A DNA stretch of 64,000 nucleotides, taken from positions 293,744-357,743 of the forward strand of contig CAVUHW010000020.1 in the NCBI GenBank assembly GCA_963741205.1, given 5' to 3'. Of this stretch, positions 54,673 through 64,000 are shown piece by piece. The notes below the pieces were generated by a model. That model did not search any database. It was not told the origin of the DNA and saw only the letters and a program-made list of their open reading frames with translations. This DNA is from Nitrospirota bacterium (GTDB lineage Bacteria > Nitrospirota > UBA9217). Position numbers and translations under genes: made by a program. How positions within the stretch are numbered: the first letter of the stretch is position 1; each line of letters starts with the position of its first letter.

Positions 54673-56106
54673 CTACTTTCTCGTACGATACGGTTTGCGA
54701 CCAGCGCCCTGCAGTGTCGATTTCCCGGCCTCACGCCTCTCGAAAGTGCGCGGGGGTTTGCGGTCTCCTTCACGAGGCCCTGCGGTCCGCTCCGTCACCG
54801 GCTTCTGTGAAGGGCCCGTGTCAAATATCTTTCCGCGCATTCTTGCAGCAATGGTTTTCTTGCCTTTCGGTCTAAACGCAGAACTCTTTGCCGTGCCCCG
54901 GTCCGATGCCCCTTGCCCCGGACGCCCAGTTGCCGTACGTGTCCGGCTTCTTTCTTTATACTCAGGACCGCCTCCAGCTTTGGTGCCTGTGAACGCCGCA
55001 GACTGGCCCTGCCTGCTGCCCGCATCCCTCACGGGCCGTCTCGGACCTCTGCCGCTCGCGCCTTGCCCCGGGACCCTGGGTTCCTGGGCCTGCCTGCGCC
55101 CCTCAACCCCTCGCGCAGCGCCGCCGGTCCTGCCTTCTCCCGCAATAAACTTCCCTCTCCCGCGGACGGGTGAAGATACTGCCCCGCCCCTAACGGACGG
55201 TGTGAAGGAAGACCGCATAGGCTTTACTTCACCTTTGTGAACGCGATCAACGGGTGGTCGTGTCCCCGGGACCCTCATCTCCCGAGATCGCAACCTTGTG
55301 TCCGTTGCCGGCCCCCTGCCCCTGGACTCCGGCCCCTCCCGCCTCTTTCTATCTTCTTGCCGCGCCCCGGCTGCGCTCACCCGTTCTTTTGTCGCAAGTT
55401 CTTTCATCGCCTGGACCTCGTCCGGGGTCAGGTAGCGGAACGCCCCCTCGGGAAGATCGCCAAGCACGAGGTTGCCAGTCCTGACGCGCTTAAGCTTGAT
55501 GACAGAGTGGCCGACGCGGTCGAACATGCGCCGGACCTGCCGCTTCTTACCTTCATGGATCGTTATCTCAAGCCAGGAGTTCGCCTCTTCCTTGCTTAAC
55601 TTTTTTATCTTGGCCGGCGCGGTCCTTCCGTCGTCCAGGTAGATGCCTTTTTCGAGATTGTCTATCTGGTGGTCTTCGAGCACGCCCTTGACCTTCGCCC
55701 TGTAGGTCTTGGGGAATTCATGCTTCGGGTGCGTGATGAGGTGCGCGAAGTCTCCATCGTTCGTCAGGAGCAGGAGACCCTCTGTATTGAAGTCGAGGCG
55801 GCCAACTGGATAGACCCTTATCTTAACGCCTTTCAACAGGTCCTGGACCGTGGGACGGCCTTCCGGGTCCGACATGGTCGTGACATAACCCACGGGTTTG
55901 TTCAGCATGATATAGGTCGGGGGCTGATGCGGATTGATGAGCTTGCCGTCGACCTTGATGTGGTCTTTGGCTGCATCGGCCTTGGTCCCGAGTTCAGTAA
56001 CCACCTGGCCGTTAACGCGGACCCTGCCGTCCAGGATGAGCTGTTCCGCGGCGCGGCGCGACGTGATCCCGGCCGCTGATATGATCTTCTGAATGCGTTC
56101 TAACAT
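54673..56106 (-). CDS. rluB: rRNA pseudouridine synthase (RluB/RsuA family) with long basic tail
   Basis: S4 domain, GRLDFNTEGL, EGKKRQVRRM; Arg/Gly-rich C-terminal half. Confidence 0.85.
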   Translation of the reverse strand: MLERIQKIISAAGITSRRAAEQLILDGRVRVNGQVVTELGTKADAAKDHIKVDGKLINPHQPPTYIMLNKPVGYVTTMSDPEGRPTVQDLLKGVKIRVYPVGRLDFNTEGLLLLTNDGDFAHLITHPKHEFPKTYRAKVKGVLEDHQIDNLEKGIYLDDGRTAPAKIKKLSKEEANSWLEITIHEGKKRQVRRMFDRVGHSVIKLKRVRTGNLVLGDLPEGAFRYLTPDEVQAMKELATKERVSAAGARQEDRKRREGPESRGRGPATDTRLRSREMRVPGTRPPVDRVHKGEVKPMRSSFTPSVRGGAVSSPVRGRGKFIAGEGRTGGAARGVEGRRQAQEPRVPGQGASGRGPRRPVRDAGSRQGQSAAFTGTKAGGGPEYKERSRTRTATGRPGQGASDRGTAKSSAFRPKGKKTIAARMRGKIFDTGPSQKPVTERTAGPREGDRKPPRTFERREAGKSTLQGAGRKPYRTRK

Positions 56107-56490
56107 GAATTCCTTTCGCGAGTCGTCTTCTTCGTTTATCGAATTTTGGTTATTATACAGTCAATCATGGGGAAAAGCAATGATGGCGGGGTGCCGGAAA
56201 GGTCAAGGGCATCAATCTGATATGCCGCGTGTCTTGAAAAGAGCGGCCGCCAGGCTTCCTTCACAACTTGGCCGGATCCGCCGCGGCTTATGCGCCAGAT
56301 CCGACGCAGTATGCGTTTCCTTGACAAAATAAGAGTGGGTTTTCAGGCTAATTTGTACTTTCTGCACTGTTTTCTCTCTGACTTAAATTCTTTGTATAAG
56401 TCCTCGTAATTTCAGTTCTTACGGCTTAAGGTTTGACAATTCGTTCAAGAGTTAGCAATCTCGGTCAAAACAGTCTGCCAGACTTGCTTC

Positions 56491-57234
56491 TCAATACAGC
56501 TTTCTGCACCGCATCCCTGCCTTTTCAAATGCCGCCTGCAATTCCTCACCTTCTTCAAGGAGGAATTCCTCACTCATAGCTCGTTGCATGCCGTGTTTTT
56601 TGTATGCCCAGTCTGCATAATGATAATTGTACCTGTCGATCAAAACATGGTCCACCTTGTCCTTAAGCAGACCGATTAATCCTTCTGCCCCCGGAAGCAG
56701 GGGTGCGACCATGACAAAGGTCTTTATCCCCGCGGCATGAAGAATTCCTAATGCCTCTACCCTCTTTTCTATCGGGGGAGCACCCGGTTCAAAGATCTTC
56801 CGCACTTTCTCATCTGCAGTGGTTATGGTGAATCCAACCTCAGAGTCTGTTGATCTCTTCAGTATCGCAATGTCACGCAGAACCAATGAGGATTTTGTCT
56901 GAATCGTCACCGGCCATCCATTCGCAATGAGGATCTCAAGGCATCTCCCGGTGAGCATATACTTCTTCTCTATGGGTTGATACGCGTCGCAGACCCCACT
57001 TATCCAGACTCGTCCTTTTTTCTTTTTCTTCACCTCACGAGCGAGCAATTCAGGGGCATTTATCTTTACGTCAACAAATGCTCCCCATGGTTCTCGGTGC
57101 CCGGTAAATCTCTTCATGAATTTTGCGTAGCAGTAGATGCAATTAAACTGACAACCGACATATGCATTCAAAGTATAGTCGTAAATCTGGGACTTCGATA
57201 GGATTGTCTTTGCTTCTATCTCTTTGACGATCAT
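56491..57234 (-). CDS. radical SAM protein (SPL-like)
   Basis: GCQFNCIYCYA, DAYQPIE, TKS. Confidence 0.88.
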   Translation of the reverse strand: MIVKEIEAKTILSKSQIYDYTLNAYVGCQFNCIYCYAKFMKRFTGHREPWGAFVDVKINAPELLAREVKKKKKGRVWISGVCDAYQPIEKKYMLTGRCLEILIANGWPVTIQTKSSLVLRDIAILKRSTDSEVGFTITTADEKVRKIFEPGAPPIEKRVEALGILHAAGIKTFVMVAPLLPGAEGLIGLLKDKVDHVLIDRYNYHYADWAYKKHGMQRAMSEEFLLEEGEELQAAFEKAGMRCRKLY

Positions 57235-57421
57235 TACAGTAAATTATAACGTGCTACTCTTTTTCGATCAACAATTCTTTACAGTTGAAATCTTTTTTAT
57301 CTACCCATATATAACCCTCCTGCGCATGCAATAAAGTGAATAGTTGCAAACCTTCGAAATTGACAACTCTTCAAAGCTATGTCACCATCTAGCTAATCCC
57401 TTTCACGATGGAGGCATAGAT

Positions 57422-57886
57422 ATGAATGTTTTTAAAACAGATGCACGATCCGGATTTATCTTTCTGGCCCTTCTTACGGCAATAATCATCCTGGGGGGCT
57501 GTTATTCCTCCGGGGTCAAATATATCTATAACCCCGGTACCAGCTTCTCGGGACTTAACAGCTATGCGTGGACCCCGGTATCAGACCGGGGCCGGCAAGC
57601 GTCCCTGGTTGTGACAAATATCCAGTTCGTTGCGGATCAGGTCCTCGCGCAGAAAGGGTTCAAAAAGACGTCATCGACGCCAGACCTGCTGATCTCGATA
57701 GATAACGAGTACGACGCCTTTAGTGACGTCTATCAGCTCAGGATGATGACCCTGAATATTTATCAGAGAGAGAGCAATGAACTGATCTGGCGGGGGACGG
57801 CTCCGGGCAACATCAATACCGATGCGGCTTCCAACGATCTGAAGAACGCCGTTTGGGACGTTCTTGCCAAGTTTCCCCCGAAATAA
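57422..57886 (+). CDS. DUF4136-like lipoprotein
   Basis: LGGC lipobox, LIWRG, C-terminal FPPK. Confidence 0.8.
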   Translation: MNVFKTDARSGFIFLALLTAIIILGGCYSSGVKYIYNPGTSFSGLNSYAWTPVSDRGRQASLVVTNIQFVADQVLAQKGFKKTSSTPDLLISIDNEYDAFSDVYQLRMMTLNIYQRESNELIWRGTAPGNINTDAASNDLKNAVWDVLAKFPPK

Positions 57887-57904
57887 TGATCCGGAACGTT
57901 CTCG

Positions 57905-57947
57905 AAAAAAAGGGACGCTGACGGCTGAGGCCCCGGCGTCTTTTTTT
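57905..57947 (+). terminator. intrinsic terminator
   Basis: A-run, GACGCTG...CGGCGTC stem, T-run. Confidence 0.65.
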
Positions 57948-58257
57948 CTGGAATCGATATATTTGTCAGAAAGCCATCGAGAATCTTCACGATTTACTCG
58001 CAGTATACAGTTGGATTTCGACAACCTTATCTGCAGCCATGAACCCTCGCCAACCGTAAAGAAGCGTTTTCTATTCACTCCTTTCCACTATAGCTCTTTT
58101 CCAAACGGCGCAATGCCAATGGCAGGAGTGTGGTATTATCATTATCGACATAACAGGCACCCAGTTGTTCCTAGCCGCGCCAAGTTGAAGAGAAAGAGTG
58201 ATAAAAGAACTATGAAGGCGACGAGACGGGCCTTTGAAGTCAAAGGAGGGAGGTAAA

Positions 58258-58491
58258 ATGATAAAATATATTGCCGTCGTTACAATATTATTGATCTCAG
58301 GTTGTGCGATAACAGTTACTGAGCAACGTCAAAGAACATCATCATATTATAGTGGTTGCGCTCAAAATGAAATTGAAATAAAAAATGGGGAAGGTTCTGA
58401 AAATAGCAATACATGGACTGCGGTATGTCATGGTAAAAAATTCAACTGCAATGATGCGTTATCACCTACATGCAAAGAAGAAACGAAATAG
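58258..58491 (+). CDS. small Cys-containing lipoprotein
   Basis: SD GGAGG, ISGC lipobox, 4 further Cys; AT-rich. Confidence 0.75.
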   Translation: MIKYIAVVTILLISGCAITVTEQRQRTSSYYSGCAQNEIEIKNGEGSENSNTWTAVCHGKKFNCNDALSPTCKEETK

Positions 58492-58843
58492 TTTTCCTGT
58501 TTATTGCACAGACGGCTAACGGTGTTGAAGTGCCTATGATCATCGTTGGTGTCGCGCGGAGTCAGTAGAGATCATGCGTGATTTGTGGTCAGAGGGACGT
58601 GGTGTAACCAGCGCTCGGTACCTGATGGCAAAATGGATCAGGCGCAGACCGAAAAGCAGTTGAATACAAAGATTTTCCGGCTAGTCAAATTGTAAGGACT
58701 CTGCAGAAATAAAACTCAAGCTGGCGGGCGATTGATCGTCACCTTAATCCCGAGACGTTGAGAACATCACCGGCACCGTGATTCAATTAACAACATCCAA
58801 ACCAAAGATTCACCAAGAGGTGCAGCTGGATCCTGCCAGGTCA

Positions 58844-59386
58844 TCACCGCTTCGACAAGAGCCCCGCTCGCGACAGATTGTTTGCCAGATCTTCGGCATA
58901 GGATGATACTTGGTCAAGGTATTGGCGAGGATCGGGTGAGTCCTCCCGTATCTGCGTTTCCGCTGAAGCGGACGAGATCCGTTTGTTCGTCTTCATGTCG
59001 TAGACATCTGTGCGCGTATTAAGATATAAGTGCCCCGATGTATCTTTTTTTGTGCCAGCAGGTCCGGTAATCAGTACGGTATCTGCACCGAATTCCTTTG
59101 CTAGTGCCGCTATAGCGATCATATCGGACACGACCTCATCAGGCGCTAAGCCGAAGTATTTTGTGACAGCATCTACATTATGTTTCTTCAATGCCTTCAC
59201 CGTTTCGTCTTGGAAGAGCCTTCTAATCTTGGAATCTTTAAACGTACTGATCACAAGGATCTTTTCGGGATGCCCTTGATATGCCTCGTCCTTCCATATA
59301 TCGGTAAATTTCGTCGCTGTGCACGCAAGGAAGATAAACAACATGAAGAACGCCGCGAATTGCATGGATAATCTTAAAACTCTCAT
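58844..59386 (-). CDS. lipoprotein
   Basis: FLAC lipobox, DIWKD, TDVYD. Confidence 0.7.
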   Translation of the reverse strand: MRVLRLSMQFAAFFMLFIFLACTATKFTDIWKDEAYQGHPEKILVISTFKDSKIRRLFQDETVKALKKHNVDAVTKYFGLAPDEVVSDMIAIAALAKEFGADTVLITGPAGTKKDTSGHLYLNTRTDVYDMKTNKRISSASAETQIREDSPDPRQYLDQVSSYAEDLANNLSRAGLLSKR

Positions 59387-59574
59387 CTCTCTGAGGCTCC
59401 TTTCTACTTCCCAGGGTTTCCCTGAGGAGGCGTTTCATTGCACAACTGAAGACGCAAGATTAGAAGGCGAAAATCTCTTGCTCTATTTCTAAAACATTAC
59501 TGAATTATAGCATAATACTGACCTGATCCTCGAAAACTGAAACAACCCAATAGCAGAACCTATGTTGGCATAAT

Positions 59575-61225
59575 ATGAACTACCCGCCACTGAACCAATT
59601 ACATGGTTGCAGTGGGGGTTTCACGGATCATAGAAGCGTGCAGTCCCTGGGTAGTTCCCAAGTCCTGTCTTATCTGCTTCTCCCCGCGCGTAACTTCGGC
59701 CGGTTCCCGGCCTAGTGTTTCCTTCTTCCTTAACCGCATGGCGCGTTCCTGATGCTTTACGGTAATTTCGCCAGATACAAGCATTTCTATGCCGCGCTTC
59801 TTGATAACGAGAGACGCATTGGTATCGGCGTTTTCCGTAAAGCCACAGCTCTGGCAATCGAACACCGCCTGTGACTGGCGATTGTCCGGGTGAGTGTGCG
59901 AACACTTCGAACACTCCTGTGAGGTGCCGTGCGGCGGTATGGCGATAACGAGCTTGTTGCGTCGCGAGGCTTTGTACGTCGTAAAGAGTTTTACCTTGCC
60001 CCACGCTGATTCGAGTATGGACTTGTTGAGACCGGCCTTGGCCTTTGCCCCGTTCGGAATATACGTCCCGCCGGCTGACTTCTTAGGTTTTGGCGCTCTG
60101 GTCATGTTCTTGACCTTGAGGTCCTCGAAGACGAACACCTCCGCGGGTGAATCCACGAGCTTGCGGCTGGCCTTATGCGCGAAATCATGCCTCACATTGG
60201 CAGCATACGCCTGGCACCGGGCTGATTTCGCAACTGATTGCCTAAATCGGCCGGATCCTTTGATCCGCCTCGCCATTTGCCTCTGATATCTCTTCTTCCG
60301 GGCATCCTTTTTTGCCAGTCGCTCTTTTTGGATGCCGGAGAAGTCATGCACCGAGCCGTCGCTCGTTGCCAGCGGGATTTTCACCCCTCGGTCCATTCCC
60401 AAGGCAACGGTATTAAGACTCTCTGATGACATGCCGCCGTAAAGCTCGAGAAGTTCCTGCTCGCTCATAACTGTGCCTTGCTTCTCATAGGAGAACGAGA
60501 CATACCATTTCCCGGACTCCCGGGAAATGGTGATGGCCGCCGGAACCTCGTACTCATCATGAGCCTTGAACTTAAGTTCGCCCAGATCGACCGACTTTGT
60601 GCCAAGCATCAGCCGGTGCTCATATATTGTTTTGTCCTGCCGCTGTTTTGAGCCTCCAGTAGGAACGAACCTGAATAGCTCGCTGGTAATCCAGACGGAC
60701 TGCCGCCCCGCCTTCTTTTTATAAGCAGGGCGATCAGACAGTCCCGTCAGGTACCTCTTATAGGATCCCATGAACCTGGTTGCGCCGTTTCTTAGCACCT
60801 GTGACGGCACATCGTATAAAAACGGAGTGAGTTCCTTGTCCTTGAACTGGGAGTACTGCTGATCGATCGGCGGCTGTAGTCCGGTTAGCGACAGTGAGTG
60901 GTTTCGGAATGTTCGGAAATAACGCTCCTCGGCAACCTTGGCGTTGTAGATAAACCGCTGGCAGCCCATCCACTGCGCGAGAATATCGGACTGCTCCGTT
61001 GTCGGGTAGCAACGGAATTTTATGCCGCTTGAAAACGCCATATTTCTAATATAGGTGATGACGCATGAAAGCGCAACTAAATAAAACGTTGCCGCCCTCA
61101 GCCTATATTGTGAGGCTAAATATCGTTTTCCGTAGCACAAGCATGGCACAAATCCACGCCCAAATCAGTCCGCTTGACCCCCTCCTGGCGCTTCGCCCCT
61201 AGCAGGGGGAATGCGCGGACTTTAG
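59575..61225 (-). mobile_element. IS200/IS605-family (IS1341-like) tnpB-only element; left end uncertain
   Basis: right-end hairpin GAAACCCCCACTG...CAGTGGCGGGTAGTTCA(T); no tnpA; candidate left hairpins at 61095-61116 and 61168-61220. Confidence 0.75.
59599..61041 (-). CDS. tnpB: RNA-guided endonuclease TnpB
   Basis: KFRCYPTTEQ HTH, GMDRG, FEDLKV, CSKC/CQSC, NADTNA. Confidence 0.95.
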   Translation of the reverse strand: MAFSSGIKFRCYPTTEQSDILAQWMGCQRFIYNAKVAEERYFRTFRNHSLSLTGLQPPIDQQYSQFKDKELTPFLYDVPSQVLRNGATRFMGSYKRYLTGLSDRPAYKKKAGRQSVWITSELFRFVPTGGSKQRQDKTIYEHRLMLGTKSVDLGELKFKAHDEYEVPAAITISRESGKWYVSFSYEKQGTVMSEQELLELYGGMSSESLNTVALGMDRGVKIPLATSDGSVHDFSGIQKERLAKKDARKKRYQRQMARRIKGSGRFRQSVAKSARCQAYAANVRHDFAHKASRKLVDSPAEVFVFEDLKVKNMTRAPKPKKSAGGTYIPNGAKAKAGLNKSILESAWGKVKLFTTYKASRRNKLVIAIPPHGTSQECSKCSHTHPDNRQSQAVFDCQSCGFTENADTNASLVIKKRGIEMLVSGEITVKHQERAMRLRKKETLGREPAEVTRGEKQIRQDLGTTQGLHASMIRETPTATM

Positions 61226-61779
61226 TTTAAAAGGAGGATAATTACGGGGTGTCAAAAAAGGATTCACTTATAAGCAAATCATAGGCATGTTCGCAGATCA
61301 TAGGCATGTTCATAGCTTCAAAGATGCTCGTGAGCATAGGACCATCGATAGTGTACATCTGAATAAAATCGCCAACCGGCTTCCGAAACTGATTTTAGGC
61401 CGTTGCAAACTACAAGTGGTTTATTTCAATATTTTTCTTAAGTTCGATTCCACAGTAGTAGGTGCTGTCGATGACCGTGATGGCGCCGAAGAACAACAAA
61501 TTCCATTTGTAACTTTCGTCGAGTCCTGCTTCCAGTACTTGATACCGCTGCGGTTTTCTAATCACCAACAGTACAAATCGAATAGTGGGATTTCAGAAAG
61601 CCTCATTTTCTGCTTTATCTTCCGGGAAAATAGCTTTATACTTTTGCTGTTAGACTGCCCATAATCGATGGGATTCCTCGGCAAAGAATGTTGCGTCGCA
61701 TTATCGTGATGCCAGCACATACAACATCCCGGTCATGAATCGGTTGCCGGGATGACACCATAAGATAGGAAATCAGCCT

Positions 61780-62184
61780 ATGCGAAAGAAAAAACTCATC
61801 GTATTTTTTTCCATCCTGATCGTGATTGCAGCGGTTATCCTTGGTTATGTTGCCGTCCTTTACAGGAAAGGGGGCGTCAACAACTATGAACCGCCGAAAC
61901 AGACGTACGCTACCTCCCGAGAACAGGTACAGGCGGATTTGCAGAACCTTTCAAAAGCCGTCGAGGCCTACTTCGTCGTTAATATGGAATACCCCCGGAA
62001 ATTAGAACAACTCCAGCCTGCGTTTCTTGATCGTATCGGCAACGATCCCGCGAGCGGAACACCTTACGTGTACACCCTGTCCGAGACCAACGGCGCCGGC
62101 CACTATCGCATCAGCGTGCCGAATCCTAAACTCTATAACGCAGAGGACCTCTATATTGAAGACGGCAAACTTTTTCAAAAATAG
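61780..62184 (+). CDS. membrane-anchored pseudopilin-like hypothetical protein
   Basis: N-terminal TM; DL..L..A.E.Y....EYP..L..L, DPASGTPYVY. Confidence 0.6.
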   Translation: MRKKKLIVFFSILIVIAAVILGYVAVLYRKGGVNNYEPPKQTYATSREQVQADLQNLSKAVEAYFVVNMEYPRKLEQLQPAFLDRIGNDPASGTPYVYTLSETNGAGHYRISVPNPKLYNAEDLYIEDGKLFQK

Positions 62185-62212
62185 ATTTGTCAATTATCCC
62201 GTCCGTACTCGC

Positions 62213-62935
62213 TTGATTACGGCATTGGCGGCTGTAATCGTACTTTTATCTGGCGCGTCCACGCTCTATTCCCGGGAATCGCTTGACGGTGAGCTTGCGA
62301 AAGCACTGAGAAAAACGGTAAAGTGCGAGCGAATAGAGATTAAAACGAACACCGGGGACGACAAAAGCGGGGACCTTAAGTCCTTGTTCATGAAATTCGT
62401 TTCGCTCCCGATAAACGGTGTCCCGGTCGACTACGTCACCGCGCAGTATACCAATCCGAAGATCGATTTCAAGGCGTTAAGAAATGCAAACACCGTTAAA
62501 ATTACTTCTTATTCGGATTTTGCCGTCAGGATACTGGTTTCGGAACAAACGATAAAAAATGAATTCATAAGGAAGGCGAGGAGGCAGAACTTTCACTACG
62601 ACAAATTTCTGATCAAATTCAGCCCCCCGTATATTGAATTGGAGTTCAGCGTTCCGGCCAGTACGATACCCCCGAAAGACAGAAAGCTCGTCGAAAAGTT
62701 CATGGTAAACAATCGTTTTGAAGGGTATGCAGCGCTCCGCCTGGAGGTCCGTGACAGCAGGATATTCGTAGTTCCGGCCAAGGTTATCCTGAACCATTTT
62801 CTCCTGCCGATGCCTGTGCTCACGGAACTCCAAAAGAGGGTCAATCCTATATATCAAATTCCCCGCATGCTGCCTTTTGACTATACGCTTGGAAAAGTCG
62901 ATTTGTTGAAACAGTATATCTTCCTCAGTAATTGA
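62213..62935 (+). CDS. exported hypothetical protein (start uncertain)
   Basis: long ORF with signal-like hydrophobic stretch. Confidence 0.55.
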   Translation: MITALAAVIVLLSGASTLYSRESLDGELAKALRKTVKCERIEIKTNTGDDKSGDLKSLFMKFVSLPINGVPVDYVTAQYTNPKIDFKALRNANTVKITSYSDFAVRILVSEQTIKNEFIRKARRQNFHYDKFLIKFSPPYIELEFSVPASTIPPKDRKLVEKFMVNNRFEGYAALRLEVRDSRIFVVPAKVILNHFLLPMPVLTELQKRVNPIYQIPRMLPFDYTLGKVDLLKQYIFLSN

Positions 62936-63190
62936 GTTCCGGCCGATTACCAACCGAGGCGAAGATGCTGACTCCTTGAGTTGCGAACGTTCTGTGGGGA
63001 AATCTGAACTATTCAGGTTGAACTGTTCAGCCACAAGATCATCCTGAATCGGCTGAAGTTTCCATTCTTTGAACACTTAAATTTACAACTCGCATTAAAT
63101 AACAGCTACCTAAAAGATACCTGTCTTTTATACTTTATCTTAATGTTAAATTCGACTATACTTTTAGTGTAAATGTGGGCGGGCTGGGTG

Positions 63191-63249
63191 CAAGAGCCCT
63201 GGAGCTGACGGCCTGTAGCGGCGCCGCAGATTAAATCTCTCGATAGGCG
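63191..63249 (+). other. decayed attC-like site
   Basis: CTGGAGCTGACGGC...GCCGCAGATTA...CGATAGGCG (GTTAGGC-like). Confidence 0.45.
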
Positions 63250-63277
63250 CTAATTATAGCAGCGGACTCAACAGACG

Positions 63278-63996
63278 ATGAGTTTGAGAACAGTAACTGC
63301 CACGAGGTATGTAACTCCACTGCGAGAGAGGGTGGATCGCTTCCAGCAATAGTCGAAGCCGATGATGATGGGATGTATGTTCTCAAATTCCGCGGCGCAG
63401 GTCAGGGACCCAAAGCTCTTATTGCTGAGTTAGTAGCGGGGGAGATCGCCCGCGCAGCAGGACTGCCGGTGCCTGAAATCGTCTTCGTCGAGCTCGACAA
63501 CGATCTCGCCCGCACCGAACGGGACCCGGAAATACAAAGCCTAATAAAAGCGAGCGCTGGTCTCAATCTCGCGCTTGACTGACCCGCCCGGTTCGTTGCG
63601 TCCGACCCGGTTGCAGAGAAGCTCGACGCGGATCTTGCATCGTCGGTTGTTTGGTTCGACGCTTACGTATCAAACGTAGACCGTACTCCGCGCAACACGA
63701 ACATGCTTATGTGGCACCATGAGTCCGGCCGATTGATCACGGTGCGGCCCTCAACTTCCATCACACATGGTCCGACTACATGGAATCCAGCCAAGCCCCT
63801 TTCCAAAATGAAAAGACCACGTCTTGACTCCCGTTTGCCAACTCGCTCCGAGAAGCAGACTGAAACAGCTGGGCGGCTCACGCGAGACGTCATTGCCAAC
63901 ATAGTTAAACGTATTCCTGATGCTTGGTTGGTTCTCTTGGGGGATCACAGTTCAACGATAGCAACCAACACCGGGACGCTTACATTGAGTATCTAA
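63278..63996 (+). pseudogene. HipA-like kinase, degraded
   Basis: RYVTPLRE..SLP, VLKFRGAGQG, NVDRTPRNTNML; several indels and a stop. Confidence 0.8.
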
Positions 63997-64000
63997 TGAG

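Noticed and set aside
54673-55400. Arg/Gly-rich tail of RluB as a novel domain
   Set aside because: Long disordered basic tails are common in this family
56355-58710. IS terminal-repeat-like words (TTTCTGCACTG / GGACTCTGCAGAAA)
   Set aside because: Short, outward-facing, and no transposase present
51576-61041. DGR template/variable repeat pair
   Set aside because: No reverse transcriptase or avd in the window; differences are deletions over ~1 kb, not A-to-N substitutions in a short repeat
63580-63582. Selenocysteine at the HipA-like TGA
   Set aside because: The position is not a conserved Cys, the frame shifts there, and the gene has other lesions

Overview
Bacterial chromosomal window, mostly GC-rich coding sequence. 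Gene content suggests an anaerobic Nitrospirota- or Desulfobacterota-like organism (inference only). The left and middle parts are housekeeping: hldC, nfi, an RpoD-like sigma factor, pyrFE, suhB, a decaheme cytochrome c, and a long minus-strand cluster tsaB-rimI-ilvD-ilvB-ilvN-ilvC-psd-pssA-leuA-leuC-leuD-leuB-asd-asd. The right ~17 kb is accessory-rich: three type II TA pairs, small lipoproteins, an IS200/IS605 tnpB-only element, a decayed attC-like site and a HipA-like pseudogene. Many conserved genes carry single-base frameshifts, most likely long-read consensus errors. Most notable: (1) an ArsM-like methyltransferase with two in-frame UGA codons, each followed by a SECIS-like hairpin (candidate double selenoprotein); (2) a tfoX gene split by a ~740-bp collinear copy of tnpB from which nearly all adenines are missing; (3) hairpin elements with periodic 8-10-nt arms and heptamer tracts at operon junctions; (4) eight sigma70 promoters abutting start codons, suggesting leaderless or near-leaderless mRNAs.
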